In this document: in pieces, positions 14,024 through 25,800 of the stretch
Position numbering within the stretch: the first letter of the stretch is position 1
How the letters are laid out: the number at the start of each line of letters is the position of its first letter
Assembly: GCF_902459465.1 (NCBI RefSeq)
Contig: NC_047080.1
Location: forward strand, 1,302,001 to 1,366,000
DNA length: 64,000 nt
DNA from: Asterias rubens
Taxonomy: Eukaryota
Direction of reading: 5' to 3'
Translations under genes and position numbers: made by a program
Notes under the pieces: generated by a model
The model's input: the letters and a program-made list of their open reading frames with translations, nothing else
Database searches by the model: none
Told to the model about the DNA's origin: nothing

Positions 14024-16369
14024 CCTCTACACGTTTTTTGTTTCTCCAATTCCTTCAATGCAAAAAGTAAAATCACATTACTCCCACATATTTTCCCTTG
14101 AATTGTTTTTCTTGGGGATTGGGCATTGGATTTGAAGACATTAATACATGAACATTTAGACATAAATATTACAGAACCCCTGAACTGAAGTAATACTTGC
14201 ATACTTCCTATATCCCCTCATTATGTATGAACAATAATTGACATCCATACTCTTAAAATAATTGTTGTTCTTTTTCAGATTCGTGAAATCTGATGTTTCC
14301 CTTCCATCAAGCGTATGCTGCCCCCTCCAGCATCTTAGCAGTCTTTCAAGCCACAACAGCCTCAACCGTTCTGTAAGGCAACCAAAATGTATGTTTCTAT
14401 TAATTCTCGCTGTAGGGCCATATTAATATACCAACAAATTTGCCAAAAACTCTCTTATACTTTTTTTCATGAAAGACCCACATTAGTCATGGATTATATT
14501 TTTTGTGGGGCATCCTAAAAATCAGTTAAATTCTAGTAAAAACTTTCAATTAAGTAAGTCCTTCTTCTCAATGAAATATTCATAACTTTTCCCCTCAAGA
14601 GCCAAAGATCATGCATGTATTACAGGCTAAGCATTGTCAATTCGATACTAAACTACCCTCGAGGTCATTACCTTTTTTTTGAGGTTTTTTTTACATTCTA
14701 GTTCACCAAAAGGAACGATTGCACTGTATTTTTATACTGGCAAACATGGAATTACTGTTTATGAATAATATGTAACTCTACACCCCCCCCCCCCCAAACA
14801 AAATATAGGATTTTGAAAACAAGATTAGCTTTGTAATTTTGAATGCATCCTCTTAAATACAACAGTACACTTTATCTGATTATCAATTTTGAGTAGTCCA
14901 AGGCAGGGTATACTTGGTAGTTACTCCAAAAATTAATTACCTTGAAAACTGGTCATGTTGATGTTAAAAAATGCTGTTAGAAACAACACCCTTTAGGGTA
15001 AAATGTAGTTTTAGGGAAAGATTTTTTTTCACCCCAAAAAACTTGAATCTGAGAAAGGCTTAAAAGCATGAAGCCTTTCTCATGTTATTCTATGCATGGA
15101 ATGTGGGTGTTTCTTTCATAGGTTTGTTATATTTTATGTATTTATTGTGCCACACACACCAAGTGAGGAAATGGGTCTTTGATAAATACCAAAAGTATAC
15201 CCTGTTACTTTTAATTAGTTCATCACCACCAAGAAGGAATCATCAAAGTTATAAGCTGTTGAAAGAACCAAATATCGTCCAAATATTAGGATTCATCAGA
15301 AAATAATTAGAGCAAATCAGACTGGATTATTTATTTGAATCGTTCAATACTTTATTTGAACAAACTTTCAATAATTTCCAAAGAAAGAAAACCGATACAT
15401 CAATTAGTACATCCAAACTGTTAGAAATTACCCCACCCACCCCAACCTCCAGAACTTGATTATGCCTATGTATGTTATGTTTACTGAATTAAAGAAATGT
15501 TTGTTTTGGGGTGCTTTGGCACTCCTATTGCTTCCTTACTATTCATTTGGATAGTTGCTTAAATTGATGGTTGGAAATATGCCAGTTGATGTATAATTAC
15601 TTGTTGCAATCCTCATTGAAATTATTTCAAAATGTCTGTCATTTTTTTGTAATGCACTAAAATTGTATTTGTAAAATCAGATACAGCTTTCAATTCACAC
15701 TTGTTTTTATTACAAATATTGAAAATGTCAATAGTTTCAAAATTCAACTTAAATAAAACAATTCAGAATTTATCCTAAAAGAAATATCAGCTGGCAAATG
15801 ACAACCATAGCTAAGAAATATAAATGATCAACCAAGTAAGAAATGTAACCTGTTATTTTCTAAAAGGAGTCCACATGGCTAACAAAAAACTAGTCGCATG
15901 AAAACATGAACTAACTATTTGGTTTCTGCAAACTTGTAAAATAATTGTTCGGTTTTTTTTGTTCATCTTCCAAAAGCGGGTTTTGTTTCCGTTCAAACAA
16001 ATTTAATTCAATTTGACTCCTTTATGGTTTACAGGTTACATTTCTTACTTATAAAGAAGGTACAACATTGGTATTCATTTACTGCATATAGAGTGCGCAA
16101 ATTTGGACTCAACAAATTTATCTAGGACTTGTAGCGTTATTGTTTCACTCGACCAAATGTTTACATCAAGTGGACATTCAGATGAAAGTTTACTTGCGCG
16201 CTTACCAAAATTTAAGGCAATGTATGTTCACTAAAATCCTGCATTAAGTTTATAAGTTCAATTCGCAATAGAATAGCCACCAATGTTGTATCTTCTATAA
16301 AGGCCGCATCTTATAGCTTGTTCCGTGACTTTATACACCTCCATCTTGGAAAGTTTTATAAGTAAAAAA

Positions 16370-16670
16370 GAATGGCTAAGTGTTTTGGTCAAAATATGAC
16401 TACGTCCACAAAGGGACAAAGAAAGTCAAAAATGCCTGAGTGTTTTACTCAAAAAATTCCAAAAATGAACTAAGTATTTTTTGTCAAAATTACTAAGTAC
16501 AAACAATGGCTAATGCTTTGGTCAAAAAATGACTAAGTCCACAAAGGGACACATAAATTCAATAACTACTCTGCGTTTTGGTCTAAAAATGACTAAGTAC
16601 AAAAAATAACTAAGTACAAACAATGGCCAAGTGTTTTGGTCAAAAAAATGACTAAGTCCACAATGGGACT
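16370..16670. repeat. Degenerate tandem array of short units (aaaaatgactaagt[cc/ac]acaaa...)
   Basis: The motifs ctaagt, ttttggtcaaaaa and gactaagtccacaaagggac recur many times. Confidence 0.7.
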
Positions 16671-17032
16671 CCATTTTATTGTTATTTAAAGTCACAACAA
16701 GCTATAAGACGATACCTTTAATAAGGGGCTGCATTCCATTTTGATGTACTGAGCAATATAATCTAATGGTAATTTGAATTTGACGCCATGTATAAGTGTC
16801 ATGTGCAAATTTCTAGTTGATTACATTGTTGGTGTACATTACTATGGGATACAGTCTCTTCTGCACCCCTATAGGGGGTGCACTTGGTTGATCATGATTT
16901 TAATAATGGGGGGGTAGGGCCAAAGTTTGTACGCAGTTAATTTCGAACCGTACAACGGCACGAGAAATATTTTTGGCTGACTTAGTCTATATAAAAAAGG
17001 AATTTTTTAAGGGATTTTTTTGATTTTTTTTT

Positions 17033-19972
17033 AAGCACCACTGAACTGTAGAAGCAGCAGAGTTGCGCAAACGTGTGTGCCAGTCGGTGTGGCCAACTAC
17101 TATCTAGAAAGTGAAGCGACTTAATGATCTAAGTATTAATGGAAGGAAAGCATTTTATTAAGTTAAATCAAGTTAATGTTTCATTGATAGTCTGTTTTAC
17201 CGAAGTCCTGCCTTACATGATTGACAAACTAAAAAGATTGTTTTTTAAAGTCCGAAGCCAAAACAAACTAAAGATTTTCTTTTTAAAGTCCAAAACATAA
17301 GTCGGAAAGGATTCTAAGTTGCCCGTTCAAATGTTTGATGAATCTGAATCAAGTGTACCGTCGGACGTCTCCCCCTGTTCGGGCAAACACGTCACTAAGT
17401 TCTTGGAGTAAAGTTTCAAGTTTGAATTTTGGTTGAAGTGTAAAAGGACGCTTTCACTTTGTCACCGATTGAGTCCTGTACCATCAGAATAACGAAGACT
17501 TCAACCCAGATGATGATGCACTGATCAGAGAAACAAGATTCCAACATGGCGGCTGAACTTTACAAATTTTGTGCATTTTGTAACATGCAACAACAAAAAA
17601 GAACAAAATACGCATGTTCTTTTCAATATTAACAGCATACTCAGGAATGTATTGGTTTCACTTGCATTAGAAGTACTACACTTCATAAATTTTGTTTCAA
17701 ATCAATCATAAGTTTTGGATTTGTTAAAACATCGCAACATTTTAACAGTGTGTGTGATTACATGCTCAAACGACATTCAGTTCACACAATTACAAATTTC
17801 AAAGTCCAAAGTGTGGTGGTACATAAACATCAGATTTGCATCTTCATTGCATTGAGTATCATTACAGGAGATATTGTAGATGACATTGGGTTTATGAAGG
17901 ATAACTAGACTGAGAAAAAAAAACTGTTTAAGAAAACCTAACCTATCTCTTAACAAATTCTAAACTCCTAATTACAACAAAGTTTCAAATCTAACGCAAC
18001 TACAACTTGCTGATAAAGTGCCAATAAAGTATTGAACATCTAGGATCAACAACTACTCCTACTGATTAACTTCATATAAATCTGCAAACCAACCACTGCA
18101 CTCTAATGATTTCGTACCCATTTTTAAAACATTGTTTTTGCATAAAAATAAGTCCGACGTCGATGTCTGAAAATTAAGGTTTTATCAGTGACGATCAGAT
18201 CACTGATAACTTGGTGTATTTTCCTTCTAGAAAGACACCTGTGATTCTGCAAACAGTTAAACAGTGCATGAATCAAGTAACAACGTGACGCCTTATTTAG
18301 AATACCTATTCCTGCTGTGTCTCTTTGGTATAATGTTCATAACAAAATCAATCAAACAAGCGAATTGAGAAATAACTAATTTAGTTTTGAAACTATTTAA
18401 TTTAATAGTTCTACACTAATACTGGACTAGTGTGTATGCTTCCTTAACCTATAACTACCTAGCCATGTGACAAATTACTAAGGTTGGTTGTTTAACTGAA
18501 TGCGTCTACACTAATACTGCTAAGTTGCTAATAAACACCTAGTTTGATCCTTTGTACACTTCGCTGTTGTACATGTACATGTTTAGACATTCTCATGTTT
18601 ACCATGAATGAATTTAAATCATTGTTGGATGTCGCACAAAATTGGTTTCGTTTGAAAGAGATCTAAAACAAAATACAATAGTTATACTAACAAACTATTT
18701 TGCATTTGTTCCCACAGTTCTACGGGTTTAATATCACAAACTTGCCTACTCTTTTTAGAACCTGTCACATAATTAATGACCTAGTATCTTTGTCTCTTAA
18801 ACAGCCTGAGTGATGTCACCATGCAGCAAAAGGGTCAACTAGTTAATATATCTTTTTTAAATTATCAAATGATGCCCTGAAGGAACTAACACAACCTACT
18901 GCAGCTAAGTACTACATAAATGACAAATTTATACAAATCATGCACAACGGCAGGATTTGTGACTTGTAAGAAAAAGGGGAGTGTCTATCGGTCAACATCA
19001 GATGAAGTGTACAACATTTCCTCAAGTGATTGTCGTTAACATACCTATTCTAGAATCTGTCATAGAGCTGACCACTCAAAACCTACAATGAACAACCTAG
19101 TAAATTGGTCACTTAAATAGACTAATAGTGAATGTTGTAGACTGAAAAACGACAAGCAATTCAGCAGTACAGGGGTTTTAAGTAACTCTGAAATCTTAAC
19201 ACTATTCTAACTTACGAAGGGGTGTAAGTACAACCTGCTGTGGCTGAGAACTAAATCGGTCACAAGTACATAATGCACAACAGCAACTTTCTAAGCGACG
19301 ATGTTTCTTCTACAATAAACGGCCCTGTTTACTTCCTACACAATCCAAATGTCATCTTTGATATCTCCTTTTGATACAGTCAAAACTTCTTAAGGCAAGT
19401 GAAACCAATGTAAAACACCTGAGTACCTGAGTGAAATGTGAATAGCCATGTTCAGAATCTTATTTCTCCAACCCTCGCACCAACATCTGGGTAGAAGTCT
19501 CTGCTATCCATCAGGTTCAGAGGCTCCCTCAGATCAGAAGAGGATGTCCGGTGTAGAAAAGTTGCTCAAAAAGTAGACCCGTTTACACAGGAACAGTATA
19601 GAGAGACGGGTACCAACTTAGGATAACAAAATGATCAGGTAAAAAAGTGAACAAAAGTGCAATGGTCCTCAGTCCTTGACACTTTTGATACAGGCCCCCA
19701 AAGACTTCAACAGGCAACTGAATCCTTTCTCTCTTAGGTTTTGATTTTTTGACTGAGTTCGAGAAATTGAAATAGTTTGTCAATCATGTAAGGTAGGACA
19801 CCGGTAAGACAGACTACCAGCGCCACATCAACAAGATTTCACTTAATAAAATGCTTACCCAACCATTAACTCTTGGATCATTAGGTCGCCACACATTCCA
19901 GATAGAAGTTGGCCACACCGACTGGCACACACGTTTGCACAACTCTGCTGCTTCTACAGTTCAGTGGTGCTT
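17033..19972. mobile_element. ~2.94-kb element with very long (~520 bp) imperfect terminal inverted repeats; non-autonomous or decayed; superfamily unresolved
   Basis: 17033 aagcaccactgaactgtagaagcagcagagttg(c/t)gcaaacgtgtgtgccagtcggtgtggccaact matches the reverse complement ending at 19972. Patchy similarity continues inward to aagatt...aacatggc (17552 / ~19445). No TSD or intact transposase ORF is visible. Confidence 0.75.
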
Positions 19973-21129
19973 TCTATAGCATTTAATGAATGGTAACCAA
20001 ATAATTTAAGACAACAATTTTCCAAATTATAAAAACAGCCAAGTACAACATTTAACCTCAATGAATTTTAAGAGCTCATAACCACTACTGTTGCAGCAAT
20101 GCAAAGAAAAAATGCTATCAAATAAAGCATTGACTTTTTCAGGAAAAAATTGCCTTTTTCATCAATTCATTTTAAGTTTTGGACAGGTGTGCATCACACT
20201 TATCCAAACGTTTTCCGCCGAACAAATCTGATTAAATTAATAGCAGCATGAATATGTCATCAAGTTTTATACTTTTGCCCCAACAATGTACTTTACTGAA
20301 GATGTGTTTTGCTTGCAGAAATTGTCTAACTGTCTTGAGTTAAAGTTGTACTTGGCTTCACAATCATCAAAGTATTAATAATTTAGAACAAGAGGCACTC
20401 CCACAGTATGAGCCACAAGCAAACTTTACATTAAATGAATTTTAGTAATGTAAAGAAAAAAATGGTTTCCATTTTGAGGAAACCGATTAAACATATTCCA
20501 ACTCTGGGGAATTTAGAAAAGAAGAGGTTTTAGTGAGTAAAGTTTTAAAAATATTTGTACAGTAACAAACAGAAACTTGCCAAAAGAGTTTTGCAATCTT
20601 TTCTGTTTGAAAACAAATTATATTTCGTATAAAGTAATGTGAACTCATTTTGTGGGAATGTCTTGACAAAATGAAAACTTTATATAAACTACAGAAATGT
20701 TTTGCTGTTGTGACCTAAACTGACAAAAAAGGACAAATGTTTTCACAATTTGCTATTTTCTGTCTCAAAATAAAGTTTTACAGCCAAAATTTTGAATAGT
20801 TTCGTCAAAAATTCTTTTTGTCAAGTTGGGTCACAGATGCACTGAATGAACAATCATGAATAAATCTATAGAATTAATTCACAACACATGGTTCAAGATT
20901 TATCATTGTGTTTTTGCAACAAATACCCCAAGTGGGAAGGGGCAGAGGTAAAATGGCAGGTGGCCATTTCTGACAAACAGCCGCAAAGATTTACAGTAAC
21001 CATACCCCACAGAGGAAGGGTCAGAGGTCACATGGCGGGTGGATTAACATAAAGTACCAGTCATTTCCCCAGGTAGGAAGGGGCAAAGGTCATGTGTGTA
21101 CATATGAACCTCAATATAAAGTCTGCTGT

Positions 21130-22020
21130 GACACAATCCCTAGCATAAAGGGATGGAAGTCATGTATGATGGTAGTGGTACAACAGTTAGCCACTAAACT
21201 AAAACTTTACTAAGTTTGTTGTGACCAAATCCCTAGCAAAAAGGGATGGAAGTCACATATGATGGTAGTGCTACAACAGCAAGTAACTAAACTAAAACTT
21301 TACTAAGTTTGCTGTGACCAAATCCCTAGCATAAAGGGATGGAAGTCATGTATGATAGTAGTGGTACAACAGTTAACCACTAAACTAAAACTTTACTAAG
21401 TTTGTTGTGACCAAATCCCTAGCAAAAAGAGATGGAAGTCATGGAAGTGGTAAAACAGTAAGCCACTAAACTAAAACTTTACTAAGTTTGCTGTGACCAA
21501 ATCCCTAGCATAAAGGGATGGAAGTCATGTATGATGGTAGTGGTACAACAGTAAGCCACTTAACTAAACCTTTACTAAGTTTGCTGTGACCAAATCCCTA
21601 GCAAAAAGGGATGGACGTAATGGAACAGTAAGCCACTAAACTAAAACTTTACTAAGTTTGCTGTGACCAAATCCCTAGCATAAAGGGAATGGAAGTGGTG
21701 CAACAGTAAGCCACTAAACTAAAACTTTACTAAGTTTGCTGGGACACAATCCCTAGCAAAAAGGGATGGACGTAATGGAAGTGGTATCACAGTAAGCCAC
21801 TAAACTAAAACTTTACTAAGTTTGCTGTGACCAAATCCCTAGCATAAAGGGAATGGAAGTGGTGCAACAGTAAGCCACTAAACTAAAACTTTACTAAGTT
21901 TGCTGGGACACAATCCCTAGCATAAAGGGATGGAAGTCATGGTAGTGGAACAACAGTTAACCACTGCTAGCAAAAATGTTAGTAGGCTTTTAAGTTTGCT
22001 GTAACACAAACCCCTAGCAG
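21130..22020. repeat. Minisatellite of ~10 units of 78-93 bp
   Basis: The core ccactaaactaaaactttactaagtttgctgtgaccaaatccctagc(a/t)aaagggatggaag starts at about 21191, 21283, 21377, 21462, 21556, 21633, 21712, 21797, 21876 and 21961. Confidence 0.95.
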
Positions 22021-22828
22021 AAAAGGACAGCTCTGTCATTTAAACAGGGCAAGTGCACCAAGGTGTTTTTTTCTTGGACTAATTGCAAGAACATTTCAAG
22101 GGGCACCAAGGCAAGGACCAGGGGCAACGTTGCCTCTGTAATGTATCAGGGATGACATTTGTGCAATGACCAACTCTCACGAAAAAGGGAATTTAAGTCT
22201 TGTCATGACCCACAAGTTACAAAGTATGCCATGATCCTAACCAGAGGCTTTCATCATAGAAGTTGTGCACTCAAGTGTCTTGCTCGTTCTTTCAATCGAT
22301 CAACCCACCCCAGGGGTAAGGGGAGGATCAATCAACAACACCAATTCATGAAGGTCAACAATTCAATTTATATACACTGTACTCGGTTTTTTTAAACTAG
22401 CTATACAGCATGAGTTATCACAAACTAATGTAAGCAACACCGACAGTTTAAAAACACCTTTACCACAGCTCGGCCATTTTGTCTGGTTCCCCTTGTAACG
22501 ATCAAAACCCGCTCGAAACTCTCAAAGTTTGAAAAAAGGAACCAGACTAAATTTTGATGTCAAGCCTCATTTTGTTTCTTGAGACAATCCTGATGGCACT
22601 GTTAGTGATAAAGGATCCTGATCTTATTTAAAGTACCCATACTGTGATTACTACAGACGGATGGATGCTCGGCCTCCTCGTCAGTAAGACATCTCTCTGG
22701 CATCAGCTGGTCGTCGTTGTATTCGTCGCCATTGGTGATGTCATCTCCTTGATCCAGTGAGCTCTTGCCTCGAGTTCCTCTCGGTGAAGACTGATACGAA
22801 GACGTTGATTCTCTTCAGCCTCGCCATC

Positions 22829-25800
22829 TTAGGAGTACTCAATCTCTTGATGCCTGTAAATAAAAAATAAATAAAAACATTACAATACATAAAAGATTAA
22901 CCTTTGACCCTAACCATCCTGGGGTCGATTTCACAAAGAGTTAGGACTACTCCTAACTTAAGACTTGTACTAGTCCTAACTTAGAACTAGTCCTAGGAGA
23001 TATTAAAAAATTAAGGCTAGTCCTATGTTAGGACGAGTAACTCGTCCTAACTTGCGACAAGACTAGTCTTAATTCTATGTGAAATCCACCGCAGATCCTT
23101 CCAAATCCAATTGCATGTTTTGTTTGATTCTGTTTCACTGATGGCTGCATTTGTAACCAGTTTGGCTTCATACACATGACATGTGAACAGTCATTTTCTG
23201 CTTGAACACATCCTCATGTAGCACTTCAGTCATTCAGTGACGCTTGTGGCTCTTCAACAATGTTACCCCTGATCACTGGACCATTTATTTCATTCCTTAA
23301 ACCATCTCAGCTCACTTGGGGGAAAAACTGTACTGACCTGGCTAAATAAATCACAAGAACTATCTCTGCCCTCACAGCTACTAACCCCTGTGCAATCTAT
23401 GCAAGTTGCATGATAAACCTAGAAGGGTCTACAAGCCTTAAGCCTGGTCTATCCTTCACGCAAATGCGGAACAAATTTTGTTCTCACAAACTCACAATGA
23501 ATAATTGCAACAGTTGAACTGTGTTCAACCCCTTCAAAACATTCGCTGCGAAAAGAGGGCTGTGGCGTCAAAATTCATTTTGCATTTGCATTTGCAGGAA
23601 GTATAAACCAGGCTTTAGTAGTGATTGACTTACTTGCATGATGGGCAGAAATAGAAGACGGTTTGTCCTTCATCAGCTGATCGTGTTTGTCTGGTGTGGA
23701 AATGAAGTCCATCATGACCGCACTTAGCACATGCTCTATCAATCTGAAAACAGACAGATACAAAAATGAAATTAAGAAGTGATGAAAAATAACCAAGCAT
23801 TGAAAAAACAAATTTGTGATAATTCACATTAAAGGAAGGGCCATAGGTTTGTTGTTTTGTCAATGATTAATGGACAAAATATAGAAAGATGAAATAAAAC
23901 TGTATAAGTTTCAGCAGAATAGGTCTACAGGTTCTACTTGCTGAGAAAACAGAAAGAAGCAAAAAACTGTCTCAGTAGCAACGAATCCATCCAAGGTAGA
24001 GATTTTGATACACATTAGCTTTGCGGCAAAAAAATTTGCCAGGGGTTTCCATACGGGTGGCGAACCCTTTGTCACTGATTTTTGCTCTTCTGTTTCTGGT
24101 AAAATATAGAACCCCTGAAATAAAATGAAACTATTTGTATATCAAAATAATTGGGGGGTTATTTTTCAACATTTACCAAATGTCACCTTTTAATTTGAAG
24201 TGGCGCAATTTTCAATTAAACACATTTAAAATTTGGCCAGGGATTTCCTTATATAATGGGTAGCGAAACCTTTGTCACAGATTTTTGCTCTTTTTAAAAG
24301 TATAAAACCTCTGAAATAAAACCAAACTATTTCTTACAAAATAATTGGGGGGTTATTTTTCAACATTTACCAAATGTCACCTTTTAATTTGAAGTGGCGC
24401 AATTTTCAATTAAACACATTTAAAATTTGGCCAGGGATTTCCTTATATAATGGGTAGCGAAACCTTTGTCACTGATTTTTGCTCTTTTTAAAAGTATAAA
24501 ACCTCTGAAATAAAACCAAACTATTTCTTGCAAAATATTTGGGGGGTTATTTTTCAAGTATAAAACCTCTGAAATAAAACCAAACTATTTCTTACAAAAT
24601 ATTTGGGGGGTTATTTTTCAAAAATTACCAAATGAAAAATCGCCTTTAAATATCAAGTGGTGCATTTTCAACTAAACACTGTTTAAAAATTGGCCAGGGG
24701 TTTCCCTGCGGGTGGCGAACCCTTTATCATTGAATTATGCTGTTTTCAGAGGGGTGAAATATAAAACCTCTGAAAAAAAAATAAACAAAGAACTTTGGGG
24801 GGGGTATTTTTTTTCAAAATTTACCAAATGATATATCACCTTTACATCAAAAAGGTTATGCATTTTCCATTCAAACAATTTTAAAATTGGCCAGAGGTTC
24901 CCCTACAGGTGGTGAACCTTTCACGTCGATTTTTTTTTTGGATTTGTTTTTTCTTTCCAGAAATAAAATAGAACGGTGAAACTAAATATTTTTGTAATGG
25001 GGTTATATCTTTCAAAAGAAACCATATGAAATAAATCACTTAAATATTTTAATCAATTGTATGTTTTTCTTTTCATAAACCAATTTTAAAAATGGCCAGA
25101 GGTTTCCCTGTGGGTGGTGAACCCTTTTCACATATTTTTACATCTTTTTTGTTCATTCAGAGTAAAAAAATAATAATAAAACCTTTGAAGAAAAAAATAA
25201 ACTAAATGTTTTGGAGGTAGTAACAATTAAACAACAATACAATACGAACATTTCTGTATGTAAACAACCACAGTCTTGACATCTCCTAAGATAAAACACC
25301 AGTGTTTTATTTACTCACCAGTGGTCCAAGGTCTTTCTGGCTGACGACCTCGTGACGACCTTCAACATTCTTGCGAGAGTTGAGACGCAGGTATGAGTGA
25401 TAGACCACACCATGTAATGCAGCTATAAATAATGAAAGGAAAGAAAAGTGGTGAGTTTTCATTCAATTAAAAATTCTGCTGTTGATATAGTGTTTTAAAG
25501 ACATTGGACACTGGTCCAGGTGTATCTCAACATATGAATAAAATGACAAACCTGTGAAATTCGGTCCCTGAAGTTGCGAGACAATAATGTAAGAAAAAAC
25601 ACCCTTGTCACACGAAGTTGTTTGCTTTCAGATGTTTGATTTCGAGACCTCAAATTCTGAATCTGAGCTAAGTGTGCAGATAATTCGCCAAATTTGTCCT
25701 GGGAAAAAAATACGCGCACGGTCGGGGACAATCGGCATTTGTAGTGTAGTGGTAAAACGGAGTAGTTGGGGACTGAATTACGGTAAGAAATTTTTTGAGA

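Noticed and set aside
13738-14202. 154-aa and 108-aa overlapping ORFs
   Set aside because: They run through a palindromic MITE and have no protein-like motifs, so they are probably chance ORFs.
17033-19972. RAG/Transib or Polinton assignment for the long-TIR element
   Set aside because: CACCACT is not an RSS-like heptamer, no 5- or 6-bp TSD is visible, and no RAG1, polB or integrase motifs were found.
21130-22020. CRISPR-like appearance (constant palindromic repeat plus variable spacer)
   Set aside because: The variable segments are all related to one another, the repeat is too long, there are no cas genes and the context is eukaryotic. It is a minisatellite.
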